From an uncultured Rhodobacteraceae bacterium (GTDB lineage Bacteria; Pseudomonadota; Alphaproteobacteria; Rhodobacterales; Rhodobacteraceae): a stretch of DNA of 64,000 nt. Where the stretch lies: positions 198,208 to 262,207 of the forward strand of contig CANMEQ010000001.1 in assembly GCA_947497065.1 (NCBI GenBank). Reading direction: 5' to 3'. Positions 63,384-64,000 of the stretch are shown one piece after another (the first letter of the stretch is position 1; each line of letters starts with the position of its first letter). The notes under the pieces are model-generated. The model was not told the origin of the DNA. It saw only the letters and a program-made list of their open reading frames with translations, and made no database searches. The translations under genes and the position numbers were made by a program.

Positions 63384-63893
63384 CTATTTAGTTCCAGAAG
63401 AATTTTCTGGTGACGATTTGTGTCTATTGCGGCGCAGCCAGGCTATGAGCGCGACGCAGCAAATGATCACCTCGACCAGGAAAATCCAACGGAAGATAGA
63501 GTTGAGGATCCAATTGCCCCAGTGGCGCGTGATTTCAAAGGGAAAGATGGTGAAGGCCTTATCGGTAAAAGGCCAAAGCCACATGATGTAGCCGTCGAAA
63601 GTATCGAGGCAGCAATGGAGCAAGGTGCCTAAGAAGAACGTTATCGCGGCGGGCAGGTATTTGCGCGCAAATCTTGACACCAGGGGCAGCGTGACGACCG
63701 CGACCATGAGCCAGAACATAGGGATATGGACCCAGTATTCTTGTGTGTGGTAGGCGCGATCATCAATAAAATAGTACCAAATCAGCGAGATATCTGGAAA
63801 AACCGACCCCACGAGGGCGGCGGGCAGCAGCAATGGCGCTTTGGGCAGGCTGCGCCCCAAAAGGTAGCCGGAGGGAAGGTGCGCGATAATCAT
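63384..63893 (-). CDS. Membrane-bound metal-dependent hydrolase family protein (YdjM-like)
   Basis: MIIAHLPSGY, GSVFPD, YWVH, LHCCLD, IMWLWPF. Confidence 0.72.
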   Translation of the reverse strand: MIIAHLPSGYLLGRSLPKAPLLLPAALVGSVFPDISLIWYYFIDDRAYHTQEYWVHIPMFWLMVAVVTLPLVSRFARKYLPAAITFFLGTLLHCCLDTFDGYIMWLWPFTDKAFTIFPFEITRHWGNWILNSIFRWIFLVEVIICCVALIAWLRRNRHKSSPENSSGTK

Positions 63894-63895
63894 GG

Positions 63896-64000
63896 TCAGT
63901 CTTCTTGCGGTGGTGTGTTTTCGATTTGCTCCATAATCTCGCCGATGACTTTCACCCACATTTCCGTGGTTTGTGCGCCGGGCACGGCGTGCTGATTGGC
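63896..64000 (-). CDS. 3' end of a probable DsbA/FrnE-family oxidoreductase (5' end outside window)
   Basis: Manual translation ANQHAVPGAQTTEMWVKVIGEIMEQIENTPPQED*; the (V/I)xGAQ motif is typical of FrnE-like C-termini. Confidence 0.55.
   Translation of the reverse strand, partial: ANQHAVPGAQTTEMWVKVIGEIMEQIENTPPQED

Overview
Chromosomal core-genome window from an alphaproteobacterium of the Rhodobacterales/Roseobacter group. The assignment rests on the mnmA-sciP-ctrA-ligA-recG and miaA-pyrH-frr syntenies, a split methionine-synthase module, and Hint/RTX proteins. In order, the window holds: a peptide-type ABC transporter operon with an AraC regulator; miaA; the pyrH-frr-uppS-cdsA-dxr-rseP-bamA-skp-fabZ-lpxA-lpxI-lpxB envelope cluster plus an HpcH aldolase; ppx; a three-gene folate/methionine module; marC; mnmA; sciP-ctrA-ligA-recG; a NifU-like gene, hisI, gluQ and trmFO; a low-GC outer-membrane protein; gyrA; ocd-rocF-lrp; dsbB, yqaA and ypfJ-like genes; tRNA-Leu(CAA); a 2980-aa RTX/Ig-repeat/Hint protein followed by a 388-aa RTX/Hint protein; then mocA-like, SYLF, VOC, hemB, mfd and MFS genes. 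No integrase, transposase, prophage or CRISPR array was seen. Three items deserve follow-up. (1) A locus missed by the ORF track, right after recG: a perfect LexA box and a perfect CtrA box upstream of a 40-aa hydrophobic protein, followed by a ~200-nt structured 3' region with exposed UCCC loops and a terminator. (2) A pair of RTX proteins that both end in a 193-aa Hint (BIL) module; the large one looks like two nested copies of a Hint-protein passenger separated by 12 Ig-like repeats. (3) A second unannotated 41-aa membrane protein between rseP and bamA. All coordinates, alignments and counts were done by hand; no database searches were run.
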